This document shows positions 18,526 through 36,884 of a DNA stretch of 64,000 nt, piece after piece. Numbering within the stretch: the stretch's first letter is position 1; the number at the start of each line of letters is the position of its first letter. Origin of the DNA: Myxococcota bacterium (GTDB lineage Bacteria; Myxococcota_A; UBA796; GCA-2862545); NCBI GenBank assembly GCA_039208735.1, contig JBCCQY010000011.1, positions 1 through 64,000 of the forward strand, written 5' to 3'. A program made the translations under genes and the position numbers. The notes under the pieces are model-generated. The model worked only from the letters and a program-made list of their open reading frames with translations. It did not search any database and was not told the origin of the DNA.

Positions 18526-18941
18526 TGGTCGAGCTTACGGATCAAGCGATCGACGTCGCAGCGGTTCGCGCCAGTGTTTCGGACGATGGGTTCGGCGCCA
18601 TCTTGGTCTTCGAAGGTGTGGGACGAAACCACTTCGATGGGCGGCCCGTCACCCACCTCGAGTACGAGGCCTACCCCGAAATGGCGGTGCCGGTATTGCA
18701 GGCGATCGCCGATGAAGTGGCCGAGAAATGGCCGGGCGCCAAGGCGAGCCTTGTGCATCGCACCGGTCCGGTGGCCATTGGGGAACCCTCGGTGGTGATC
18801 GCGGTAGCCACGCCTCATCGCGCTGAGTGCTACGACGCCAGTCGCTATGCGATCGAGGCGCTAAAGGAGCGTCTACCCGTGTGGAAGAAGGAGATCTACG
18901 ACGATGGCTCCGCCTGGAAGGCCAACGCCCCAACGTCGTGA
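18525..18941 (+). CDS. moaE: Molybdopterin synthase catalytic subunit
   Basis: GAILVFEG.GR, LEYEAYPEMA, HRTG, PHR, LKERLPVWKKE. Confidence 0.95.
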   Translation: MVELTDQAIDVAAVRASVSDDGFGAILVFEGVGRNHFDGRPVTHLEYEAYPEMAVPVLQAIADEVAEKWPGAKASLVHRTGPVAIGEPSVVIAVATPHRAECYDASRYAIEALKERLPVWKKEIYDDGSAWKANAPTS

Positions 18942-18981
18942 CCCGAGCCGGGAGGCCGACCGGCCGCGGTTCGAGGACCGC

Positions 18982-19680
18982 ATGCCCGGCGATTATCGCC
19001 GTCCCGAAGCGAACCCGTACGTGGCAAGCCATCGCGACTTTGGGCCCGAACTCTTGACGGCCGACGCCGCGTTTGGTGTGGACCGCGATTGGGCCACGCT
19101 CTTCGGACGAGCAGCTCCCCTTCACGTCGAAATCGGCTCGGGCAATGGGTTTTTCCTGTCCGAATTGGCCATACGCAATCCTGACATCAACGTGCTGGGG
19201 ATTGAGATCCGCTACAAGCGCACGGTGCTGTGCGGACGGAAGCTTCGCGAAGCCGGGGTCTCGAATGCCCGCATTGCGCGCTACCACGCTGCGTTCCTCG
19301 ACGACTTGTTCGAACCGGGCGCCATCGACGTCCTATGGGTCCATCATCCAGACCCTTGGCCGAAGGAGAAGCACGAGAAAAACAGGCTGATCAGTCGGTG
19401 GTTTCTCGAAGATGTTGCGCGCTTGGTGATGCCAGGGGGCTTCTTCCGATTGAAGAGCGACTTTGAGCCGAATGTGACACGAGCGGCCCACCTCATCGAC
19501 CACGGACCTGACGATGAACCCTTGCCGCGACTTCCCTTCGTGGTGACGGGGCGAAGCGAAGACGTGAACACAGGCCCCGCGCCGTGGCCTGACGACATCG
19601 AAACGAACTACCAACGCAAGTTCAAGCGCAAAGGAGAGCCCGTCTACGCCGTTGAGCTGCGGCGAGACGCTACTCCGTAG
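18982..19680 (+). CDS. trmB: tRNA (guanine-N7)-methyltransferase
   Basis: VEIGSGNGFF, LGIEI, PDPWPKEKHEKNRL, ETNYQRKF. Confidence 0.88.
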   Translation: MPGDYRRPEANPYVASHRDFGPELLTADAAFGVDRDWATLFGRAAPLHVEIGSGNGFFLSELAIRNPDINVLGIEIRYKRTVLCGRKLREAGVSNARIARYHAAFLDDLFEPGAIDVLWVHHPDPWPKEKHEKNRLISRWFLEDVARLVMPGGFFRLKSDFEPNVTRAAHLIDHGPDDEPLPRLPFVVTGRSEDVNTGPAPWPDDIETNYQRKFKRKGEPVYAVELRRDATP

Positions 19681-21304
19681 GACGGTTCGACAAACAGCGC
19701 TTCATCCGTTCGATCGACTCATCTCGGCCTAAGAAAGCGAGGGTGTCGCCGATCGCGGGGCTCGTTCCGGTGCCGGTGAGCGCCACGCGAATGGGTTGGG
19801 CAAACTTATCGATCGTGGCTCCGGTCGACTCGCACAGGTCCTCGAGGGCCTTGACGAGGCTGGGAGCCTCCCATCGCCCTACATCGGCGAGGGCTGCGGT
19901 AACTTGGTCCAAGCGCGACCATCCATCGTTTCCATCCAGGCGCTTGCGTACGGCTTTGGGGTCGTACTCGGTCGGCGCGGTCCATAGGAACGAAGCCTGT
20001 TGTTCAAGGTCCACGAACGTATTGGCTCGACCCTGGTACATCGCGACCAACGCACGGCGGCGGTCTTCGTCGAAGGACTGAATCGGGCTGTCGCGATGGG
20101 CAAGCCACGTCTCGAAGTGCGCATGAACGACGTCGAGAGGTAGGTCCTTGATGTAGGTGCGGTTGAAGGACGTGAGCTTCTTGAGGTCGAACTTCGCATC
20201 GGTCTTCACCACCCTTTCGAGCGAGAACGCCTCGACCATCTCATCGAAAGTCATGATTTCTCGGTCGTCACCGGGAGACCACCCCAGGAGCGCCAGGTAG
20301 TTGAGCAAGGCCTCGGGTAGAAAGCCGCCCTTTCGAAAGTCTGCGACCTCGATGAACGGCAGCTCCACACCCAGGTGTTTGGCGATCGCTTCGGCAGTGG
20401 GCACATCATCGCTCTTCTTGGCCAGGAACCGCCTGAGCAACTCAGGGTCGATCGCCCATTGCTCGGGCAGGTCGCCGACCTCTCCCTTGCCCAACCCCAG
20501 CGTCTTGACGTGCTCACGCAGGGCCTGTCGGGCCTCTTTGGCCTTGTCGCGCTTGCTCATTCGGCCGCCGGACATGTTGTTGATCGTGGACAGGTGGGCG
20601 TGGTGAGGGAACTCCCAGCCGAAGGCCCGGTAAAGCTGCCGGTGCTTGTGAGTGTTGTTGAGGTGGTCACGCCCTCGCGTCACGTGGCTGATCTGCATGT
20701 GGTGGTCGTCGACGACGACTGCCAAATGGTAGGTTGGCCAACCATCGGCCTTTTGGATGACGATGTCGTCCATTCGGTGAGACGGCACGGTGACTTCGCC
20801 CTGAACCTGGTCCAGAATCGTCACGTCCTCGTCCGGCATCTTGAACCGCACCACCGGCTTGCGGCCTTCCGCGACGTAGGCCTCCCGTTGCTCGTCACTG
20901 ACGGGGCCGCCGCGGTACGCGAAGTCGCGTTTTTGGGCCCTTGCGGCCTCCCGCATGGCCTGGAGTTCCTCACGGGTGTCCCAAGCCTCGTAGGCCTTGC
21001 CCTCGTCGAGCAGCTGCTTGATGTAGCGCTGGTAGAGCGCGAGCCGTCGCGATTGGAAGTACGACCCCAATTCGCCGCCTTCCTCTGGACCCTCGTCCCA
21101 CCGTAGGCCGAGCCACCGTAGATCGGTCATGATGCCGACTGCGGCTTCTTCGGTGCTGCGCGTCTGGTCGGTGTCTTCAATGCGCAGCACGAACGTTCCG
21201 CCATGCTTTCGAGCAAAGAGCAAGCAGTAGAGGGCCGTGCGAACGCCCCCGACGTGCAGCGAGCCCGTCGGTGAGGGGGCGAAGCGAGTACGGACGTTGG
21301 ACAT
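19670..21304 (-). CDS. gltX: Glutamate--tRNA ligase with an insertion after the KMSK loop
   Basis: RFAPSPTG.LHVGG, LRIEDTD, PTYHLAVVVDD, RMSKRD, LLNYLALLGWS. Confidence 0.95.
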   Translation of the reverse strand: MSNVRTRFAPSPTGSLHVGGVRTALYCLLFARKHGGTFVLRIEDTDQTRSTEEAAVGIMTDLRWLGLRWDEGPEEGGELGSYFQSRRLALYQRYIKQLLDEGKAYEAWDTREELQAMREAARAQKRDFAYRGGPVSDEQREAYVAEGRKPVVRFKMPDEDVTILDQVQGEVTVPSHRMDDIVIQKADGWPTYHLAVVVDDHHMQISHVTRGRDHLNNTHKHRQLYRAFGWEFPHHAHLSTINNMSGGRMSKRDKAKEARQALREHVKTLGLGKGEVGDLPEQWAIDPELLRRFLAKKSDDVPTAEAIAKHLGVELPFIEVADFRKGGFLPEALLNYLALLGWSPGDDREIMTFDEMVEAFSLERVVKTDAKFDLKKLTSFNRTYIKDLPLDVVHAHFETWLAHRDSPIQSFDEDRRRALVAMYQGRANTFVDLEQQASFLWTAPTEYDPKAVRKRLDGNDGWSRLDQVTAALADVGRWEAPSLVKALEDLCESTGATIDKFAQPIRVALTGTGTSPAIGDTLAFLGRDESIERMKRCLSNRPTE

Positions 21305-21331
21305 CTGGTCTCCCCTTGAACGGGGGACATA

Positions 21332-22045
21332 TCAGGCCAGCGGCACGTGTCCGCGACCCGCGTAGGCAAAGGGCATGCCTAGCCGCGTCAGCAGATGTTC
21401 GACGACTTGTCGTTGCATGGCCGTGCGCCGTGCCAACGGAAAGCCCATCCAAGTTTCAACGCAGGTTCCAATGCAACCCACCCGGTCGACGATCACCTCG
21501 GTCGAACTGGTGGACACCGGGTAGTACTGCGTGGCCCAGTGCTCCTCGTCGGACTCGCGGTTCGCATTGAGGTCGGCGGTGACCGTTTCGAGCAATGGAG
21601 GGCAGGGATCCACCCCGTAAACCAGCGTTTGGCCAAAGGACGGGGTGACCGCAGGGTCGTAGCGCTTCTGGCTTTCGTGGAGGGTGGCCACGAGTGCAGG
21701 TTTTTCTGCTTCGATGAGCCTCATGAAGCGGGCGGCGAGTCGTGGCTCATCGTCTGCCGAGGTGGGGTCGCCGGGAAAGCTTCGGTTGAGGTCCGCCCCG
21801 CCGGGCGCCGATCGGGTGCGGGCTCGATACGCGGGCGGGTTCATCACTGGAATCACCAACAGGCGCCCCTTTCGGGGCGTCAACCCGGCCTCGAGCATCT
21901 CTTGCAACGCGTGGACCCCCGCGATCTCGTCGCCGTGGATGCCCGCTTGAATGATCGCGGTTGGACCCGCCTCTGACGCCTCCTTCACCGAGACGATGAC
22001 ATTGGGCCAAAGGGCGTGCACCCCAGGGGTGAGTCGCTCCATCAT
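21332..22045 (-). CDS. Succinylglutamate desuccinylase/aspartoacylase (M14-like) family protein
   Basis: GIHGDEIAG, NPPA, DLNRSFPG, TLHES, VE. Confidence 0.82.
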   Translation of the reverse strand: MMERLTPGVHALWPNVIVSVKEASEAGPTAIIQAGIHGDEIAGVHALQEMLEAGLTPRKGRLLVIPVMNPPAYRARTRSAPGGADLNRSFPGDPTSADDEPRLAARFMRLIEAEKPALVATLHESQKRYDPAVTPSFGQTLVYGVDPCPPLLETVTADLNANRESDEEHWATQYYPVSTSSTEVIVDRVGCIGTCVETWMGFPLARRTAMQRQVVEHLLTRLGMPFAYAGRGHVPLA

Positions 22046-22169
22046 GCCTCCCGTGGATCTACCCACGATCCCCTTCTGCACGGGTTGTATGGTGTGGCGA
22101 AGGGTGCTGTGCGGACTTTCCCGGGGGGTTGCGGGGTCGAAGGCAGCGTCCGATCAAACGGGAGCCCCC

Positions 22170-22760
22170 ATGTGGATGACGTTGTCGATGGCGGTGGCGC
22201 TGGCCGATGCCCCGGAAACTCCGGTCACGCCTGCGTCTCCAGAGCGCATTCTCGTGGTTGGCGCTCCGGTCCGAGGGTCCGAACCCGGCTGGGTGGCGGG
22301 GCTCGGTGACTGCCTAGAAGAACGGAAATCCGGGGCTTTTCAAGTCATCGATCGCCGAGATCCTAAGAGCCACTGGGCCGGACTCTCGGAGGCCCTCGCG
22401 CAGTTCGCAGACCAGCGGGCAAGTCGGCTCGTCGTGGCCTTGGCCAGCGAGCTGGCTCCCGAGAATATCGATCTCAAAGGGCTGATCGGCGTGTTCGGTC
22501 GCTATGCAGAGGCGCCTACGCACGTCTGGTTCCTCTTCCCCCTCCCGATCGCCCCGGATCGCCGGGGATCCGCCTACCAGGAACTGTCCGCTTTAGTCGC
22601 CAAGGAGTCGGCACTGTCGATCCTCGATCCTTGGAAAGATGCCCCGAAGGCGGAATCGTCGGCATCGACGTCGTGGCTGGCCGAAGGTACGGTGACCGCG
22701 GCGGGCGAGGTTCGGGTTGCGTCGGTCGCCTGTGACGCGGTATTGCCACGCACGCCCTGA
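22170..22760 (+). CDS. Hypothetical exported protein (possibly degenerate SGNH-like alpha/beta fold)
   Basis: Signal-like N-terminus; RILVVG first strand; no catalytic GDS motif. Confidence 0.45.
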   Translation: MWMTLSMAVALADAPETPVTPASPERILVVGAPVRGSEPGWVAGLGDCLEERKSGAFQVIDRRDPKSHWAGLSEALAQFADQRASRLVVALASELAPENIDLKGLIGVFGRYAEAPTHVWFLFPLPIAPDRRGSAYQELSALVAKESALSILDPWKDAPKAESSASTSWLAEGTVTAAGEVRVASVACDAVLPRTP

Positions 22761-22891
22761 ACGCGCGTTGTTTTTCGCCGAGAAGGGTTCGCATTCATGC
22801 CCCTTTGGGTGATGGATCTTTGTGAACCTCACCACGGAAGCGATTCCGTCACGTCCGTGCGCCTCCCCTCTTCCCCCTCGTCGGAGCGACC

Positions 22892-30718
<7,827 letters not shown>

Positions 30719-30722
<4 letters not shown>

Positions 30723-33517
30723 TGCCAGGTCCACGTTGCAAAGGCGACCCACTGTCCGTCTTGCCACGACCAGCCGGCAGCCGGATCCTCGACGATGCGC
30801 CCCACCCCTACGGTGCCGCGCCCATCAGCGAACAACGAAACAAAGGGGTCCGACGCCACTTGGGTGCCTCCTCGGATGCCCACCACGGTGAGTCCTCCGG
30901 AGGGTAAGCTTCGCCCGACTCGGGTGCGCGTGGCAAACGCTTGCACCTGCCACAATCCCAGAGCGAGGTCCAGGCGGTCATAGTGAGTGCCTTGTTGGCG
31001 GACCGCCTCGAACGCCGGGTCGGTGAGCCAACCCCCATTGGCGACGGCAGGCCACACCGAGACGGGGGTGCCTCCATGGGTCCACTGGTCGAGGACCGTC
31101 TCACCGGTGGAGAGACCGGTCTCGTAGCGAAGCGTCAACCCGTATCGGCCCAGTTGGAACCGTCCGCCTCCGCGCACGAGTTGCCAGTCCAATCCTCCGG
31201 TCTGGCCAACCTGTCCGGTAACGAAGCCTTCGAGCGCAACAATGTCGCGACGGGGTTCGACGACCGCAAGCGAGGCGCCGAGTTGGCCCGCCACTCGGGT
31301 CAGCCCTCCGTCGCCAAGATCGACCCGTTCGACGACCGCTCCGAGCGAGGTGCGAAGATTTGCCGCGATGCCCAGGCGATGCCCACCCTTCCGGGTCAGT
31401 GCACCGCCAGCTCGACGAACTCCAAAGCGGCGATCTTCACCGAGAAACCCTGTGAGTTTCCATCGCTGGTTCGCCCCCCGGGCCCCCAGCCCCACCGATG
31501 CCCCTCGCACCCCTCGCTCGGCCGGCGCAAGAGCCACGAATCCTTGGGCGGAATAGCGCCCCATTACGTCCCCTCCGGTCAGCGCCAGCTCACCCTGACC
31601 CTGCCCCGTTGTGGAAACCCCAAACCCCCCCAATGGAATCCACGTCCAGTGGCCCAACCGGTAGGACCGCCGCATGGGAACTCGCCGTTCGACCAGCGGC
31701 GGAGGCTGGTCAGGGCCGGCACGTTTGAGGATGTCCCCAGAACCGGGAAGGGGACGGTCGACGGGTTCGTCCAACCGATGGATCGCTCCGCCGTCTGGGG
31801 TCATCGTCGTGACCCACCAGGTCCCGTCGGGTCCCACCTCAGGCGCCTCGGCGCCCCCCACCAAGGTCCGAGGGATGGCATCCCCAAGGTCCACAGGGCC
31901 CGCGGGGGCGTCGGCAGGGCCAAGGTCGTAAACCGCCAGTTCCCCTCGCCAGGCGACTTCCGCCACCACGTGCCCTTCGGGGGTGAATGCCAGATGGCGG
32001 AGTTGCGGTCCGTCGAGGGACACGGGGTGCCAGCGTGGCTGGCCTTTTTGCCGGTCCCAATACATCCAACCGTAGCCGCGGCCCCGGTTCTCGAGCCAGA
32101 CCAGCCCTTGGCCGTTCGGGGTCACGCGCGGATGGTCTACCTGGGGGGTCAGCCCGGGCTCGGAAACGGGGGTGAGGTCGCCCGTCGCCAAGTCGACCTC
32201 CACGATTTGGGTCTCGCCCCAACGCTGGCGCACGGCGACGGCCCAGGTTCCGGAGGGGGCGGGATCGGCCGACCGGACATCGGCCCTTCGGGTCACCCGG
32301 CGCTCCGTTTCCTCATCCACATTCCAAAGGTAAAGGTCGGACCGGAAACGGCCTTTGCGATCGGGAACCCGAGATTCGAACAAAATCGTCGAGTCGTCCA
32401 CGAAACGCGGGTTGCGCGCGACCCGGCGGCGATGAACCCGGACCCGGTCGATGGCGTGAGGAACGTACGGGGGCGGAATCGCCGCGACGTCTTCCGGATC
32501 TGCCCGGAGTTGACGTTCGATCGCAGCTTGTCGCTCGGACTCGAAGTCCTCGGGCGGCATTGCGGAAAACACCACCAGGGAAGACCGGCCATTCCGCGAA
32601 AAGACCGGCACCGCGATGCGTTCTCCATCGGGGCTCACCGAGAGATGACCCAGGCCCGCTGGACGTTCGAAGACCCGATTTGAGCGATCGGGCCAGGGCG
32701 TTGGCCACGCTTCGGCCATGACTTCCGCGACGAACCGACCGTACGCCACTTGGGGCGACTCGCCGAAGAGGCCCGCGAATGCGGATTTGAAGCTTCGATC
32801 CTGCCTAGCAGTAAGCCGGGCCCACAGGTCCCGGAGCGCGCCCTGGTGATGCTGAGCTTCGATCCAGTCGAGGAAGGCGGCCCCTACGAGGTACGCAAAA
32901 CCTCCACCGCGATGACGGTTCGCGCCAGAAAGTTCGCCATAGACGGGAAATCGCCCCGTACGCGCGAGCAGGCGCAGCCAGACGAGCGACGCATCATCAT
33001 TGGGGCGGCCGGCCCCGGTAAGTCGGCCTTCCACCACGGTGGCGTAGCCTTCGACCACCCAGCGGGGGATCTTCGTGGGGACGGGTCCCCAGCCCGTCGT
33101 GCGCTGAAGGAATCGCCGAAGACCATTTCGGGACTCCAACGTCAGGTGCACGATGTGGGTGTCTTCGTGCACGACCAGATTCTCGACCCAGTCCCGCTGA
33201 TGGCCAATCACCGAGTCGGCGGGCGGCGGACTCGTGAACAGCCGCATTCTTGGTCCGCGACTGTCGGGAAGGGCTTGGCCGTTGGACGCCGCGAACGGAT
33301 CCACAATGAGCACGTCCACCGGATGGTCTGGCACCACCCCGACCTCGGCGGCCACACGTTCGCGCATGGCCTCGATGCGTTCACCCACATCCGTGGCATA
33401 GGCCTTGGCCGCTCGCGGGTAGTGGATGCGGAAGTGAGGGGTTTGGAGGGTTCGCCAGCGACCGGGAGCCACCGGTTGGGCGAGGGCACCAAGAATGACG
33501 AAAAGGGCAATGAGCAT
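30719..33517 (-). CDS. Large exported protein: gluzincin-like N-domain, TolB-like beta-propeller, possible C-terminal barrel
   Basis: WRTLQTPHFRIHY, VHEDTH...WVVEGYA; repeats SPDGERIA, PSGTWAV, TPNGQGL, GPDGTWW; ends ATWTWQ. Confidence 0.72.
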
Positions 33518-33541
33518 GGCCCTGGCTGTATTGCGGACGGC

Positions 33542-34906
33542 CTACGACGGCCGACGGCGCTGCACCATGAGGGCAAAGGAACGGCCCGCGAGGTCGTCGG
33601 CATCCAGGCCCGACGGGGCGAGTTCCTCGAGGCTCAACGCCCCCGCGTCCACCATGCGGAGCACCTTGGTGAGCAGCTCCTGTCCACGCCACAGCAAGTC
33701 AGGCCGGGCTTCGGCCCCTGCGAGGCACCGCAGCAGGGTTTCGGCCATTCCGTCTGTCACCTCGGGCCAGGTGCTTCGAGCGTAGGCAAAGTAGGCGGCC
33801 CATCGAGCCGGGAGCTGCCGCGGGTCATCGTCGGTGCCCCACGAGACGCCTTGCTTCAGCAGTGCGTGGACGCGATCGGCGCCCCGGCGCCAGACCTCAT
33901 GGACCTCCGCGAACCGTTCCGCCCGTTCCGCGGGGCTGACCGCTTCCGGATCGAGGTCTCGGAGGTTCGGCGACCGGCCCGCGGACAGCTGAATGGAGGT
34001 TTCCGAAACTTGGGCCCGCGCGGTGGCGAGGACCAAGTCCGCAACCGCGGTGCCGTGGGTCTGGCGAAGGCTCTCGAGGTCGACGCGAACCGACCGAAGA
34101 CGGCCTCGACTTACCGATGTCGACAGCGGATAACGGGCGTTCGCGAGGACCGCGGCGGGCCGGGTGATGTGCCACTCGAGGCCCACCGTTCCAAGTGGCC
34201 AGCCCACCGAGCGCTCGAGATGGTCCAGCAATGGGGTCAAGGCTCCGATGACGCGATCGCTTAGATCGTCGACGGTCAGCTGGAGCGCGGGGAAAGGCGT
34301 CTGGTGGTGGTCGCGCCAGTCGCGGAACATCGTGACCAGCCGTTCGACGGTACGTGGGGCATCGGTTGCCGCCAGTGAACCAAGCTCCAGCGTGATCTGG
34401 TCCGGCAGGTTGCGCTGCTCCGCGTCGATGGCGAACGCCCGGGCGATCGCGACGGCGATGTCGGGTCCTGAGGCGGCGGCCGCGGCGCTTGTGAGCTGGA
34501 CGCGCAGGTCCTGGATCGACCGCGACGCGAGGCGTTCGGTGACTCGTCGGTAGACCTCATGGGCGAGTTTTGCCTCCGGCCATTGCGCTTCCGTGGCCGC
34601 ATCGCGGCGCTCCAGTCCAGAGAGGATCTCGTCGACGCGCTTCGGGTCGGTGGGAAGGACTTCCCAGCCCGGCAAGCGCAAGGCGCGCCACAACTCCACA
34701 CAGTCGGGCGCAAAGGTCTGCATCGCCAACATCGCGGAGCGATTTGCCCGGCTCATGAAGTCGGGCTGCAGATCGGTTCCATTGACCACAAAGGATTCGA
34801 CCCACAGCGGCTTGGGGGCTGCAGGAGGGTCATGGGAGCGTGCGGTCCTCTGAGTGAGGACTTCCAGCGCCGCAGACAGAACATCCGGATCGAGACGGTT
34901 GGCCAT
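33542..34906 (-). CDS. Divergent DUF6986/HpcH-HpaI aldolase-like protein
   Basis: Remnant motifs QDLRVQL, PRQLPARWAAYFAY and C-terminal GL..DDL..RSF...RR recalled from that family. Confidence 0.5.
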   Translation of the reverse strand: MANRLDPDVLSAALEVLTQRTARSHDPPAAPKPLWVESFVVNGTDLQPDFMSRANRSAMLAMQTFAPDCVELWRALRLPGWEVLPTDPKRVDEILSGLERRDAATEAQWPEAKLAHEVYRRVTERLASRSIQDLRVQLTSAAAAASGPDIAVAIARAFAIDAEQRNLPDQITLELGSLAATDAPRTVERLVTMFRDWRDHHQTPFPALQLTVDDLSDRVIGALTPLLDHLERSVGWPLGTVGLEWHITRPAAVLANARYPLSTSVSRGRLRSVRVDLESLRQTHGTAVADLVLATARAQVSETSIQLSAGRSPNLRDLDPEAVSPAERAERFAEVHEVWRRGADRVHALLKQGVSWGTDDDPRQLPARWAAYFAYARSTWPEVTDGMAETLLRCLAGAEARPDLLWRGQELLTKVLRMVDAGALSLEELAPSGLDADDLAGRSFALMVQRRRPS

Positions 34907-34953
34907 GCCGAAGAATCCCGACCGCGCAGCGCGGTGTCAAGCTACGTGCGGGC

Positions 34954-36198
34954 ATGCACACACTGGCTCACGATACGGCGCTGGTCCTGGTGATGGTGGG
35001 GTTACCGGCTCGCGGCAAGACCTTCATGGCGCGAAAGATTGCGCGGTACCTCAATTGGCTCGGCGTGACGTCGCGAGTGTTCAATGTTGGCAATTATCGC
35101 CGACATTACTTGGGCTCGGCCCAGCCCGCGACGTTCTTCGACCCTAAGAATCCAGAAGGATTCGACAAACGCCGGCAAATGGCGATGGCAGCCCTCGACG
35201 ATCTCCTCACCTGGCTCAAAGACCAGGCGGGTCGTGCGGTGGCGATCTACGACGCGACCAACGTGACCCGACAACGCCGCCAGTGGCTTCGCCAGCAGCT
35301 GGCCAACCATGGCATTGAACCTGTTTTTGTGGAGTCGATGAGTTCTGACCGAGGGCTCATTGAACACAACATTCGGCAAACCAAGTTGTCGATGCCGGAC
35401 TATGCCAACGTCGAGCCCGAGGAGGCGGTGCGCGACTTTCGTGAGCGTATTGCCCACTACCAAAGTGCGTATGAGCCGGTCGACGTCGACGAGGGACCGC
35501 ATGTCAAGGTCATCGACGTGGGCGAGCGCGTGAACCTGCATCGCATTCACGGCAGCTTGCTCTCCCGGATCGTGTTTTTCCTGATGAACCTGCACATCGT
35601 TCCTCGACCGGTGTTTCTCACCCGGCATGGAGAGTCCGATTTCAACGTGCAGGGTCGACTTGGCGGTGACCCTGATCTGACGGCGCGAGGTCGTTCGTTT
35701 GCGCGCGACCTGGCCCAGTTTTTTACGCAGCGACTCGCCGAACCCCCCATCGTGTTCACGAGTACGTTGAAGCGGGCACGGCAGACCGCAGAGGCGCTGC
35801 CGTTCGAGGTCAACTCCATCAAGAACCTCGATGAGATCGATGCGGGGGTCTGCGATGGGTGGACCTACGCCGACATGATGGAACGTTTGCCTGAAGAATA
35901 TGCCTCGCGCCAGGCCGATAAGCTCCGCTATCGGTATCCTCGGGGCGAGTCCTACGAAGATGTCATCCAACGGCTCGATCCGGTCATCATCGAGGTTGAA
36001 CGGCAGCGTTCACCGGTCATCATTGTGGCTCACCAGGCGGTGATTCGGTGTCTGTACGGCTACCTGACCGACCAAGCGCTCGAAACGTCGCCGCACCTCG
36101 CCGTGCCGCTGCACACGGTGACCGAACTTGTGCCCCGTGCTTACGGGGCTGGAGAGAGCCGGACAAGCTTCATTGTACCGGACAGACCGTTGGGTTGA
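34954..36198 (+). CDS. Bifunctional 6-phosphofructo-2-kinase/fructose-2,6-bisphosphatase (eukaryote-type)
   Basis: VMVGLPARGKT, FNVGNYRR, YDATN, DF.ERI..Y; LTRHGES, LDEIDAGVCDG, YRYPRGESYEDV, AHQAV.R. Confidence 0.92.
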   Translation: MHTLAHDTALVLVMVGLPARGKTFMARKIARYLNWLGVTSRVFNVGNYRRHYLGSAQPATFFDPKNPEGFDKRRQMAMAALDDLLTWLKDQAGRAVAIYDATNVTRQRRQWLRQQLANHGIEPVFVESMSSDRGLIEHNIRQTKLSMPDYANVEPEEAVRDFRERIAHYQSAYEPVDVDEGPHVKVIDVGERVNLHRIHGSLLSRIVFFLMNLHIVPRPVFLTRHGESDFNVQGRLGGDPDLTARGRSFARDLAQFFTQRLAEPPIVFTSTLKRARQTAEALPFEVNSIKNLDEIDAGVCDGWTYADMMERLPEEYASRQADKLRYRYPRGESYEDVIQRLDPVIIEVERQRSPVIIVAHQAVIRCLYGYLTDQALETSPHLAVPLHTVTELVPRAYGAGESRTSFIVPDRPLG

Positions 36199-36862
36199 AG
36201 CTCACGCACTCGCGCGTTTCATGCGCATTGGCCCAGGTTGTCGCAGCTTCGGTGCCCTGAAAGGTGATGCGGCACTTCTCGTTGGGCGGCACCCCTTGGA
36301 CGGTGGCCGCCATCTTTCCAGGACCTTCGGGGAAGAATCGGCCCCGGCGTTGGAATCCGCTCGATGGGCAGTCCACCTCGATCGACACAAAGCCCCGATC
36401 TGAGGAGCTGAAGATCTTGATGGGACCTGGCTTGGGGGCCACGGGGCCGGCGTCCGGAACCGGATCCGGCTCGTTGTCGACGATGTCTCCGCCGTAGCCA
36501 GCATCCGCGATGTGGCGAGGATTGCTCGGCGTGAGAATCGGCTTGGGACCTTCGGGTTCGTAGCCTTCAAGCAGGACGAGGGCGATGAGGAGCGCCGTGG
36601 TCACGCCGGTGACGAGCCCTGTGCCCAGGACAAGCCAGGGGGCGCGTCCCGCAGGCCGGCGATCCGGAGCGCCGGAGAGCGTGGAGGGGTCCGCCTGATG
36701 GGGCGTGAACGGGGCTCGTGGGTCGACGGGCGGGGATGCCGAGGGGGACCTTGCTGGCGTGGATGAAGCGGGCTTTGCAGCCGGGTCGGGCTTGCGGGAC
36801 AAGCGTCTTCCCGGGGCCCCCTTGGGTCCGAACTCGTCGTCGTTGCTGGGCCGCCGTGCCAT
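36170..36862 (-). CDS. Hypothetical single-pass membrane protein with small four-Cys C-terminal domain
   Basis: Pro-rich N-terminus, one TM (WLVLGTGLV...ALVLL), C-terminal domain with 4 Cys. Confidence 0.6.
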   Translation of the reverse strand: MARRPSNDDEFGPKGAPGRRLSRKPDPAAKPASSTPARSPSASPPVDPRAPFTPHQADPSTLSGAPDRRPAGRAPWLVLGTGLVTGVTTALLIALVLLEGYEPEGPKPILTPSNPRHIADAGYGGDIVDNEPDPVPDAGPVAPKPGPIKIFSSSDRGFVSIEVDCPSSGFQRRGRFFPEGPGKMAATVQGVPPNEKCRITFQGTEAATTWANAHETRECVSFNPTVCPVQ

Positions 36863-36884
36863 GCCGCCTCCCCGCCGCAGGAAC

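Noticed and set aside
30941..34264. Long plus-strand ORFs (580 aa and 504 aa)
   Set aside because: Antisense shadows of real minus-strand genes, with Arg/Gly-rich composition and no motifs.
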